Shown here: positions 50,705 through 60,483 of the stretch, piece by piece | Position numbering within the stretch: the first letter of the stretch is position 1 | How the letters are laid out: each line of letters begins with the position of its first letter | Assembly: GCF_020745735.1 (NCBI RefSeq) | Contig: NC_083413.1 | Location: 97,870,409-97,934,408, forward strand | Reading direction: 5' to 3' | Origin: Hemiscyllium ocellatum | Taxonomy: Eukaryota | DNA: 64,000 nucleotides | Position numbers and translations under genes: made by a program | The notes under the pieces: generated by a model | Seen by the model: the letters and a program-made list of their open reading frames with translations, nothing else | Databases searched by the model: none | What the model was told of the DNA's origin: nothing

Positions 50705-50713
50705 GTTAAGTGA
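50705..50713 (+). CDS. IGHM: IgM TM2 exon (VK-stop; cytoplasmic tail KVK)
   Basis: Polypyrimidine tract, ccag|GTT AAG TGA. Confidence 0.92.
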   Translation, partial: VK

Positions 50714-51141
50714 ATGAGTTGTGGACCCCTTTGATTTTCCTGATCTGCTTATCAAGGTCTCTGAATTCCCAATCTACAATCTGTCCTGTTGCTGACTCTC
50801 ACAGTGAGATCACTTCAGTTTATCAGTGTGTAACTGAGACAATTATTGATGGATTTTCGTTTTTACTTTATATCTTTGAAATGGTTGTGGTTGGAAGAAT
50901 TTGTAGCTTCCCTGTTGTTTGAAGCCCATTTGTTTTGTTTTTATTTGTTCCTTACTCAGAATGGTTGCCTACCCTTTATGATGAGCCTTTGTATTCCCTT
51001 TCTTGTGACTGTTACTGATGTACAGAAAATTCCCACCTCACAGCGCATGTGTTCTCATCTCAATGTGGCACCCAGCCATTATATTCACTTCTGTTAGCTT
51101 TTACCTCAACTTTTTGGATAAAAATGCTTTCTGAAATGGTT

Positions 51142-51147
51142 AATAAA
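51142..51147 (+). terminator. Probable membrane-form polyA signal
   Basis: First AATAAA seen downstream of the TM2 stop. Confidence 0.55.
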
Positions 51148-53149
51148 TCTTGAATGAATATGCACTAACCTTGAGTTTGCTTCATTCTTTCTTCAAGGCC
51201 AGTCAGTAATCATACATTTTCCCACATCCTACTCCTTTCCCAGCCAAATACTTTCACTTGTTCTGTTTGGTTGTGTTTCATCCAGTCATTTAGTTTAATG
51301 TTGCGCTGCCATGCCGCCCACTAATGTAAATGCATCTTTCACACGATATGCCTGATGGAACACTCCAGAGGCAGAATGATTAGAGAACATTTCCTCTTAT
51401 GCACCAAAGGTCACGGCCTCGGGTCACGTAATGATACAAATGAGGAGCTTTGCTCCACCAGAAGCCTATAAAAGGCAGGCAAAGGAGTTTGAAAGTTTAC
51501 TCTACACCGTCTAAACTACATGTACTCCCAATGTCCGGACAGCCTGGGTTAGTAATGCATAACTCACCACCTAAAATGCCCAACGAAACATTCATCAGCC
51601 AAAAATGTCAACGTTCAGTCAGGTAGTCAGACACAACACGTGCACAATCCAAGGGCGGATTCTCAGAACTGGAGATTTTCTCACACATAAATCTCATGGA
51701 GCACTATTCCTGGGATCTATTTGACACACCACACCTGTCAAATCCCAGGGAATGAGACTGGGATCTATCTGATACACGGATATTACTGAACAGCAACCCT
51801 CAAAAATAATAAATCAGAGGTCGATGTTGACCAGGCAAGTCAGAGCTCATGAGTCCCTGAAATATTCAGCCATTGGGATCTATATGATGCAAGATGGAGT
51901 TGGGAACCAATCATAGCAACTGTTCACAGAGTCTGGGAACTATCAGCAGAGGAGAACATTCTCAATTTCTCAGAGTTGGTGAGGTGTATCATCCCGGGAA
52001 TAGTGTTGTGAATCAGTCACGCACCCAATCTCATAACTTCGCATTTTGTCAAAAATGTGGCACCTGAAACTAGATGCAATATTCCAGGTGAGACAAGAGA
52101 CTGTTTGATTTCAGTTTAACATAATTGCTTTGTGTTTGTTCTCTGCGGTGTTATTGATGAAGTAGGGTTTAGTTGCTCTTCTGTCCACGTATCATGGTAC
52201 ATTCCCTGATTTGTGCACATACACATGGAGGATCCTCTGCTCCTTCACCCCCTTTGGGTTTACCCCTTACTATTGTATGTTCCCCTGAGTTCATCACAAA
52301 ACAAAGAAGCACGTCACCCCTCCCTGAGACGGAGATCTATCTGACACACCGATATTAATGAATAACAATCCTCAAAAATGATCAATCACAGGTTGATTTC
52401 GATCAGAGAAGACAAAGATCAGAAGTTCTGGAATCCCTGCTGCTTTCCATGTCCTTTCCCACAACCCCTCTGTCAAACATGATGCTCTTAGCTGTTTTTC
52501 CAATATCCTAACATTTTACCTTAAATTGCTGTTAATATTTTTCTGTAATTTTGCATGATGGACCAAAGCACAGGTTGGTACAACAAGGACTCCAAACACT
52601 GAACTCTGAGAACGTACACAGTAAGGCAGCCTACATTCTGTAACAGCAAACACCCGTTAACAAATGGTTGACAAGTACAAAACAGCGGGTGAGATTAACT
52701 TGAACTCATCAAAATAAAAGGAAAGTACTCTGGAGGTACAGCGGTGTAGGCAAGAGCTGGGCAGACAGAGTGGAGTTCGTTTTTTAAAATTCTTGTTTAT
52801 ATCCAGAATTTTCCTTCCACACAATGGAACCTTTTATTTCCCATCACCCAAGTCCCCCACAGTCTCTTTATTTTCTGCTACTAACCATCACCAGTAAATT
52901 GAATAATTTATGTTCAAAGCCCCTCCCACCATCAAAGATACGGCAGAAGTAGGAAGAGCTAGAAGGAGATTGGAGTCATTTTTTCTTGTGGTGATACATT
53001 ACTGCTGTTCTAACACAAGGTATTTCTGAGGGATGGTCCAGTGAGGCTATGTGGATGTAACTCATAAATAAGAAGGGCATGATTACTTTGATGCAATTGT
53101 AATAGTCCCCCCAGTAGTCAGAGTGAAATTGAGTAATGAATATGTGGAG

Positions 53150-53874
53150 AGATCTTATTTATATGTAAGGATAATAGGATTGCAATAATCGCAAATTTTA
53201 ACCTTCCAAACATAAAGTGAGACAGTCATGATCTTAAGAGCTTGGTGAGGAATTTGGTAAGTGCTAAAGTCAATTTTCTTCATTAATATACAGATGTAAC
53301 TCTCACAGAAAGAGCAAACCTGACCTACTCTTGTGCTATAAGGCAGGACAAGTGACTGAATGGTTAGTAGGGGAGCTTTTTGGGGCCTGGGTCATAATTC
53401 GATTAGTTTAAAACATCCATGGAAGGGATTGGCATTATATATAAGTTAAAGTTCTTAATTGAACTAGGGCAAATTTTGATAGTATGAGACAAAAATTTTC
53501 AAGAGTTGATTGGAGTAGACTGTTTGCAGCTCAAGGGACGGCCGGCAAGAGTGAGGCTTTCAGAAGTGAGATAACGAGAGTTCGGAGGCGTGATGTTCCT
53601 GTTAGTGTGAAGATAAGGCTGGTAAGAGGAGGGAACACTGGAGGAATAAAGATATTGAGGCTCTGGTTCAGATTAAGAATGAATCATATATTAGATATCG
53701 ATAAGTGAGATTCAGTGAATCTCGAAGAGTAAAAGAGGGGCAGGGACATTCTAAAGAGGGAAATGAGGAGGGCAAGAAAGGAAAATGAGATAGCCTTGGG
53801 AGATAATGTTAAAGATAATCCAAAGAGATTCGTCTCGAACATTAAGAGCAAAGGGGTAGATCACAGAGTCATAG
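53150..53874 (+). mobile_element. CR1 endonuclease/linker fragment forming the ERV left flank
   Basis: MRQKFSRVDWSRLF...KREMRRARKENEIALGDNVKDNPKRF is CR1 ORF2 linker-like. Confidence 0.75.
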
Positions 53875-54590
53875 TGTGAAAGCTCAGCCACGTTACCTGG
53901 CTTTCTGTGAACTCCTGTCCAAGAACAGAGAACCACCACTTAATTAATACACTTCAACAGTACTGTTTTTATTCAAGACTATCAGTATATGAATATACTA
54001 ACAAGGCTTGGGAGAGAAAAGCCACTTAGACCACACTGGGTACTAAAGAGTGGATTCTCTCACCGTTGATAGGGAAAGTTGTTACATTTATACATAACTT
54101 CTCACGCAATACAGAGTCCAGTGTCATTAAGCTATCGCAAAGTATATTAATCAAAGTATACTTAATTGTAAGCTTACACATCAAAACATGCTCTAAATCT
54201 AACACACAGACACCAGCACCCATCTGGTTAAGATATTAACACTATCTTTAAAGTCAGACATTAACTCCCATTATTTTTCTAACTCTTCAAAGCAACAGTC
54301 AAATCTCAGAGATGCTCTTTAAATGTAAACATTCAAACCTCATTAATGTGTTACAGCTAGACCGTAAGGCACCAGTACTCCTCTGATGGCTGCCCTTTGA
54401 CCTAGTGCTGGTACTATGTCATTCTCAGATCTGTGGGATTGGACATGTTTACCCAGCCTGTGCAAGTTGCTGTATTAGCAATTTGTTCGCTCAGGATGCT
54501 GGGCAATATAGCCAATGTGCTTCAGCCATTTTAGTTAACATTCTAAGCTCCATTTTCTATATGGTCACTATATCTATTTCCAATTTATCA
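53875..54590 (-). repeat. ERV 3' LTR (716 bp)
   Basis: Minus strand starts TGATAAA and ends TTTCACA; TATAAA at 54092-54087; AATAAA at 53973-53968; 6 substitutions versus the other LTR over 497 bp. Confidence 0.95.
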
Positions 54591-54603
54591 TTCCTCCCTT
54601 TTT
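54591..54603 (-). promoter_or_regulatory. Polypurine tract
   Basis: AAAAAGGGAGGAA immediately before the LTR TG. Confidence 0.9.
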
Positions 54604-54621
54604 ATCATTTCATGATAACCT

Positions 54622-57003
54622 TCAGATATTAATACGTTGAAGTCGAGCAAACTCTTTTTCTGTTTCTACATCTAAATTGCCATCAGTCAAAAGTGTAGGT
54701 GTCAATCTTTCCTCCTGTGTCCATATCGGGCTTGTCTCCTTTTTACATCGGCGTCGTGCGGGACAAGTTTGACAACTTCTCTTAATAAGGGCCCAAGCGA
54801 TTCGAATACTAATACAAATGCCAAGAATGATGGCCAGAATGGAGAGAATGTCCAGCCCAATAGACTTTAGCCATCCCAACAGCTGACACAGTAGGTTCCA
54901 CCAGGCACAGGCCTCCTTTGAGTCTGTGTGGTCCCGATCATATGCTTTAGTGGCAACATCGTTAATTAGTGAAGTGTCATTATATACAGCCGAGCTCTCA
55001 TCCTCAATATAGGTACAACACACCGGGCCAATAACTGCACATGCTCCCCCTTGGCTTGCTAAGAGATAATCTAAAGCCATCCTATTCTGTAAGGTCATCA
55101 TTCGCAGGGCAGTCTGCTCGTGTTCCAAATGATCCAGGGCATCAGCAGTGGCCTTAGCTATTTCCTCAAGCTCGTGACTGAGATCACGAATCTGGTCCAG
55201 GGCTTGCATGACCCCATAATTGGGCAGAAGGGCGCCAAAGAATCTGCTCCAAAATGTCTGTTGGTGGAACAGATCTCTCCTGCCTCGAGCATGAGGTTTG
55301 TAATTTGAATTAAGATCATGCCACTTCTTCCATTCGCTGTTAACCTCTGGGGTTGAATTCAATAACCGGAATGCTGGGAGGTGATATATCAGCGCACAGG
55401 TGCCCTTAAAGTTAATAGGTAGGTATTCATAGGCTGTGTGATTGCATAACCAAAATGTCCCGTTAAGTGCAGGCGTAATACAGTGTTTAGCGTGGAAGAG
55501 GACAGCACCCATGCGGCTTGTAGGGGCGTCGGGACGAGTCTTTTCATTAACACAAAGGTCCCAATCGTCCTCCGGGAGGCCCCCAAAGGGGTCTGACCTG
55601 GTTTGATCATGAGATATTATTACCTGGCATCTACTGTCTTCTAAGTCTCCCATGGCATGTTTTCCTGTATCACTATGAAAGCACCATTTAAATTCTGGCA
55701 CCACCGCTACTACAAAACCTTTTGGTACCACTTGCCAGGTGTCATAGCAACGCCTGAGGTAACCATACTGGATCGGGTATTGGTCAGAAATGTCTCTATA
55801 GGGAATAATTTTTGGGGTTTGTTGGGTACGCCTGTAGGTAAGACTGCATAATTCATCCTGACCAGTAGGGGCCGCCATCATGAGGAATCCGGACCCTACC
55901 GAGTGTGGGCCTGGGACACATACTACTTTGGTATTCTTTCCTTCATCAGTCTGATTGTCAAGATGAGTTTTTACTGTTTCAAGGAAGCCAGTAAAGGTGT
56001 TGCCGGTAAGGCTCGTTGCTTCCGGTAAATTGCTTCTTTTCTTTCGGTGGGTCTTAAGAAAACGGTGCAGTGTGCGGACGAGATTTTTTAATTTTAAGTA
56101 ACTGGGAAAGTTGAACAAATAGTCTCTAGGGTCCGCTGCAGTATTATTCACAAAGGCATGGCAGCACGTGCGTGTATCATTTAAGTACGTATAGGTATCC
56201 TCGGATTTGGTGCCATTTCCTCGTAGGCATACATACATTACTTCCTGGCAGATGCCAGTGTTATGAATTGTTATATTACTGGGACATTCTGTCCTAGCAT
56301 CCAGAGTTGTAATATTATATCCAGGGCACCACTGTTGAAGTCCTGTTAGGTTTTGCAAATGCTGTACGCAATCCTGTGACCAGGCAATATTTTGGACAAC
56401 TATGCTGCTATAATTAGAAGTGGCCTTAGAGTAGTCAGGAAAACCGACCAAGGGACAAATTGTCTGGTTAAACCCACTGTTACCTGGGCCATGACGATCA
56501 CACGTGGCATTCACTCTGACCTGAACTATTCTTGTGGGGCCTGTGTTATTCAACATTTTGCTATTCTCCTGTTTCCATACCCACCAATCCCTGATGAGAT
56601 TGCAAGGGGTAGCTAGGGTCTGACTTGGTTCACTTATATTATTAGACTGGGTACCTATCACTCTGGACAGTGATAAACTCATTAGGGGGGTGCTAATAGT
56701 CATATTGTCACTCATAGTACTCACGAGATCCCTCGGGACTATTACTGTACCATTGGGGCCATCAGAAGCAATACGTGGTGCCATACTCACAAAACCTTTA
56801 GTCATTTTAGTAGTAACATCTGTAGAGTGTGAAGTCATCACGGGGGTGCCTGTTTTTATCCACGTCTCCGCGGTGGCTGCACTAGAGTTGCTTGTAGGCC
56901 CTTGGAGAGTAGGGGGTGCACCGCTGGTGGTGTTACTGGTCTGCATTGATGTCCCTGTCACTGTTAGGCAGAGGCCAAAGAGAAAGAGGGTAGGTTTCAT
57001 CAT
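54622..57003 (-). CDS. env: Retroviral envelope glycoprotein, open, 793 aa
   Basis: Signal peptide, Ser/Thr-rich region, RKKR (320-323), RGRR (573-576), fusion peptide, heptad, ISD LQNRMALDYLLA, CX6CC (655-663), TM helix and Cys-rich cytoplasmic tail. Confidence 0.96.
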   Translation of the reverse strand: MMKPTLFLFGLCLTVTGTSMQTSNTTSGAPPTLQGPTSNSSAATAETWIKTGTPVMTSHSTDVTTKMTKGFVSMAPRIASDGPNGTVIVPRDLVSTMSDNMTISTPLMSLSLSRVIGTQSNNISEPSQTLATPCNLIRDWWVWKQENSKMLNNTGPTRIVQVRVNATCDRHGPGNSGFNQTICPLVGFPDYSKATSNYSSIVVQNIAWSQDCVQHLQNLTGLQQWCPGYNITTLDARTECPSNITIHNTGICQEVMYVCLRGNGTKSEDTYTYLNDTRTCCHAFVNNTAADPRDYLFNFPSYLKLKNLVRTLHRFLKTHRKKRSNLPEATSLTGNTFTGFLETVKTHLDNQTDEGKNTKVVCVPGPHSVGSGFLMMAAPTGQDELCSLTYRRTQQTPKIIPYRDISDQYPIQYGYLRRCYDTWQVVPKGFVVAVVPEFKWCFHSDTGKHAMGDLEDSRCQVIISHDQTRSDPFGGLPEDDWDLCVNEKTRPDAPTSRMGAVLFHAKHCITPALNGTFWLCNHTAYEYLPINFKGTCALIYHLPAFRLLNSTPEVNSEWKKWHDLNSNYKPHARGRRDLFHQQTFWSRFFGALLPNYGVMQALDQIRDLSHELEEIAKATADALDHLEHEQTALRMMTLQNRMALDYLLASQGGACAVIGPVCCTYIEDESSAVYNDTSLINDVATKAYDRDHTDSKEACAWWNLLCQLLGWLKSIGLDILSILAIILGICISIRIAWALIKRSCQTCPARRRCKKETSPIWTQEERLTPTLLTDGNLDVETEKEFARLQRINI

Positions 57004-57038
57004 TTCACTTTTCTTCAGTCTTCCTTCCTTAGTGGCAC

Positions 57039-57062
57039 CTATGTCAAAGGAAGAGAAAATAC
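57039..57062 (-). promoter_or_regulatory. env splice acceptor
   Basis: Minus strand TATTTTCTCTTCCTTTGACATAG|GTGCC, between the pol stop and the env ATG (35 nt downstream). Confidence 0.75.
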
Positions 57063-57087
57063 ATACAGCAGTAGCTGCCCCTTATTC

Positions 57088-60000
57088 TCATTCCTCCCCA
57101 ATAAGCTTGCAATGGTGTAGGCTGATCCAGGCTTTACGACCCTCAACCTTAACAGCAGTAGGGGTGGTAAGGAGGACTTGGAAAGGGCCCTCCCACCGGG
57201 GTTCCAGGCCGTGCTTTCTGGCAAAGTTTTTGATCAATACAAAGGTGCCAGGTCGGATATTTGGGGGCAACGGCAAATCCGACCGCAAAGGCCTGGCAGC
57301 TTTAACCATCGCATGGTTCATGCGTAAGGCATCAGTTAAGGATAAAACATAGAAGATCATCCCATCTGACATCTGATGTATGTCAACAGGAGAATCAGAG
57401 AAGTCAGAGCTAAAGGGAGTGCGGAGGGGCCGCCCATACAAAATCTCGGCAGGGGAGAGACGGTGGGCTCCTGCCGGGGACACCCGGAGTTGAAACAAGG
57501 CAATGGGCAAATTTTGGAGCCACGAGAGAACATTGTCAGCTGACAGTTTGGCCAATTTAGATTTCAAGGTCTGATTAGCCCGTTCCACCACTCCCGCGCT
57601 CTGAGGGTGGTAAGCACAGTGGAACTGCTGCTTGATATTAAGAACTTTACAAAGTTCTTGACTAACAAAGGCCACAAAATGAGAGCCGTTATCGGAACTG
57701 AGCGTCCGCGGCACACCAAATCTAGGAATAATCTCCTTGAGTAAAGTCTTAACAACAGTGTCAGCCTTGTTATCGGCTGCAGGATAAGCCTCAATCCATT
57801 TACTAAAAACATCAACAATAACTAAAACATATTTACACTTGGCCGTTCTGGGTAGCTCAATGAAGTCCATTTGCAACGTATCGAAGGGGCCTTCAGGCAG
57901 CGGGGTTCTACCCTGTTCACAGGGGACCCCCTTGCCGGGGTTATGCTGCATGCATGTCAAGCATTTTTTAGTTTGTGCTCTAGCCAATTGCAGAACACTG
58001 GGATGCCACCAAGATTCCCAGACTAAATCTGCAGTTTGTCTAGCCCCACAGTGTGTTAAGTGATGGACAACATCAACCACCCAGACGGCTAAAACATTAG
58101 TCATACACACCTGGCCTGCTGGGGTTTTCCAAAGACCGTCAACGTCCTTGAAACATCCCAGATCAGTCCATTCATGAAGTACATTGTCAGGGGCGTCCCC
58201 CTGTAAAGCAACAATATCAGCGGTGGAGGGAGGCTGCTTGTCAGGAACTGAGGCCCTAATAGATTTCCTCTGAACCATCATTAAGGAGCCAGGGAGCTCC
58301 GTAGCCTGTTTAGCAATTTCATCTGCCTGTTTATTTCCCATAGAAACCGGAACTGTTCCGGCAGAGTGCGCGGAACATTTAATAATGGCCAATTCGCGAG
58401 GACTTTGAATGGCCTGTAACAAATGAATGACTTCCTCCCTGTGTACGATAGGGGTCCCCGACGAGGTGAGGAAACCTCGATTTTCCCATAGTGTCCCAAA
58501 ATCATGGGCAACCCCGAAGGCATACCTAGAGTCAGTATAAATATTAGCTGTAACTCCGGAGGCTAGCTCACATGCCCTAGTTAATGCAATTAATTCAGCT
58601 TTCTGAGCGGATACCGCAGGTATGAGGCGACACTGTTCCACGATCCTGCCCTCCGCATCCACTATACCATATCCAGCCACCCTGTCTCCATTCTTGTTTA
58701 CAGAGGAGCTACCATCCACGAACAAAGTGACATCGGGATGTGGGAGGGGGCGGTCAGTCAAGTCAAGTCTGGGCCTAGTGTCTAGCATGATTTTGTGGGC
58801 GCATTCGTGAACGGGGACAGGACTCTCAGCAGGAATATCAGACATAAACGTTGCCGGGTTAATACTTGCGTAATATTTGAAGGTCAACAAGGGGTTCCCT
58901 AAAAGGAAGATTTCATAGCGAGACTGGCGGGCAGATGTCAGGTGTTGCGTCTGCATTTGGCCCAACATAGAAACTACTGCATGAGGACTAAAAACAGTGA
59001 CCGGTTGTTGGAGCGTTGTGTTTGCTGCAGCCAACACCATCAAATACGTAGCAGCCAGTTGTTGAATACAATGAGGCTGACCACTAATCACAGAATCCAA
59101 CTTAGTAGAAAAATATGCCACCGGCCTACGGGTACCTCCATGGTCCTGCGTCAAAACCGCGACCGCGCAGCCCGAGGTAGTGGCCACAAAAAGCTGAAAA
59201 GGCCTATCGTAGAGGGGTCTCCCTAAAGCAGGAGCATTGATTAGCGCCTGCTTCAACTGGTTAAATGTCTCAAGTGCAACTTCGGATAGAGTGAAGGGCT
59301 GTCGCTCAGTGGTAAAGGGAGTGAGAACCTTTACTAAGGGGGCAATGTTAGGAATCCATTGTCTGCAGAAGTTAACTAATCCCAAAAACCGTCTCATCTG
59401 CTTAGCCGTGGTAGGGGCCGGAGTATTGACAATCGGACCAATTCTATCCGGGGCCAACCTACGCTCATGCGCTGAAATTTCTACCCCCAGGAATTTAATT
59501 TTACGTTGGCCGATGACAACCTTGTCATAATTAGCTACATAACCTAACTCGGCCAGCTTGTTGAGGAGATGCTTAGTGTCCTTTTCATTCGACAGGGCAT
59601 CAGGGCTGGCAAGTAAAAGGTCATCCACGTATTGTACCAGGGTGGATCGACAAGGCAAATGGATCTGGTCTAATTGCCTTTGGAGGATCTGAGAAAATAT
59701 TGTGGGGGAATCACAGAATCCCTGTGGTAGTCTCGTCCATGTATATTGCTTGCCCAAAAAGGTAAAGGCAAACAAATGTTGGCTGTCAGGGGCTAGGGGA
59801 ATAGCAAAATAGGCATTTTGTAGGTCTATCAAGGAGAACACACAGGCCTCTGGAGGGATTGCCGCAAGTATGGTGGCAGGATTAGGGACGATAGGGTGCA
59901 AGGGCGCCACGATTTTGTTAATTTCATGGAGATCCTGAAGTAAGCGATACTCGCCAGGTTTACCTGGTTTAGCTACGGGAAGGATAGGGGTATTTGCTTG

Positions 60001-60483
60001 TGATTGACACTCGATCAGAACTCCCTGAGCCAGTAGGTGATCAATCAGGCCACGTAGAGGGGCCACAGCTTGACTCTTGATAGGATACTGCTTAACACTG
60101 GGGATCCGTGCTCCTGGCCTTAACATGACACTGACAGGGGCAACCCCCTTCGCCAACCCCACGCAGTACTTGTCGGTGGCCCAGACCGCAGGGTCAATCT
60201 CGACCTGGCTGTAACCACCTTCATGCTGCCGTAGCGTGGATAATACTGGTTCAGGATGGTCAAGGTAGACGATAGAAAGGCCGTCTCTTAAGTCCTGATA
60301 CCCCATTACATTCGGATCTGACAAGGCTACAGCCTGTGCTACCATGGGTCCTAAGTCCTTTGCTACATATCCCTTGTGAACTAAGACAGTTTGATGTGGG
60401 GCAATACCGGGCTCTTGGTCCCACAGCTCTGGTGGCACCCAAACGTACCAAGCCGTACCCTGTTTCCCATTAACTTTAGCCAA
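57088..60483 (-). CDS. pol: pol: C-terminal half of 2H-like domain, RT, RNase H, integrase (1131 open codons)
   Basis: LPQGFCDSP and YVDD (RT); FVDGSS, AELIA, YTDS (RNase H); HHCC, D-D-E (MDF, SDNG, VERAN) and WEGPF (IN). The frame is preceded by in-frame stops, so it has no normal start. Confidence 0.95.
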   Translation of the reverse strand: MAKVNGKQGTAWYVWVPPELWDQEPGIAPHQTVLVHKGYVAKDLGPMVAQAVALSDPNVMGYQDLRDGLSIVYLDHPEPVLSTLRQHEGGYSQVEIDPAVWATDKYCVGLAKGVAPVSVMLRPGARIPSVKQYPIKSQAVAPLRGLIDHLLAQGVLIECQSQANTPILPVAKPGKPGEYRLLQDLHEINKIVAPLHPIVPNPATILAAIPPEACVFSLIDLQNAYFAIPLAPDSQHLFAFTFLGKQYTWTRLPQGFCDSPTIFSQILQRQLDQIHLPCRSTLVQYVDDLLLASPDALSNEKDTKHLLNKLAELGYVANYDKVVIGQRKIKFLGVEISAHERRLAPDRIGPIVNTPAPTTAKQMRRFLGLVNFCRQWIPNIAPLVKVLTPFTTERQPFTLSEVALETFNQLKQALINAPALGRPLYDRPFQLFVATTSGCAVAVLTQDHGGTRRPVAYFSTKLDSVISGQPHCIQQLAATYLMVLAAANTTLQQPVTVFSPHAVVSMLGQMQTQHLTSARQSRYEIFLLGNPLLTFKYYASINPATFMSDIPAESPVPVHECAHKIMLDTRPRLDLTDRPLPHPDVTLFVDGSSSVNKNGDRVAGYGIVDAEGRIVEQCRLIPAVSAQKAELIALTRACELASGVTANIYTDSRYAFGVAHDFGTLWENRGFLTSSGTPIVHREEVIHLLQAIQSPRELAIIKCSAHSAGTVPVSMGNKQADEIAKQATELPGSLMMVQRKSIRASVPDKQPPSTADIVALQGDAPDNVLHEWTDLGCFKDVDGLWKTPAGQVCMTNVLAVWVVDVVHHLTHCGARQTADLVWESWWHPSVLQLARAQTKKCLTCMQHNPGKGVPCEQGRTPLPEGPFDTLQMDFIELPRTAKCKYVLVIVDVFSKWIEAYPAADNKADTVVKTLLKEIIPRFGVPRTLSSDNGSHFVAFVSQELCKVLNIKQQFHCAYHPQSAGVVERANQTLKSKLAKLSADNVLSWLQNLPIALFQLRVSPAGAHRLSPAEILYGRPLRTPFSSDFSDSPVDIHQMSDGMIFYVLSLTDALRMNHAMVKAARPLRSDLPLPPNIRPGTFVLIKNFARKHGLEPRWEGPFQVLLTTPTAVKVEGRKAWISLHHCKLIGEE

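Noticed and set aside
54026-54223. 65-aa ORF present in both LTRs
   Set aside because: Short, and its conservation is trivial given 98.8% LTR identity; no recognisable motif.
56690-57352. 220-codon antisense ORF over the env 5' end and integrase end
   Set aside because: Starts at GTG with the first ATG past the middle; consistent with a shadow frame of the coding strand.
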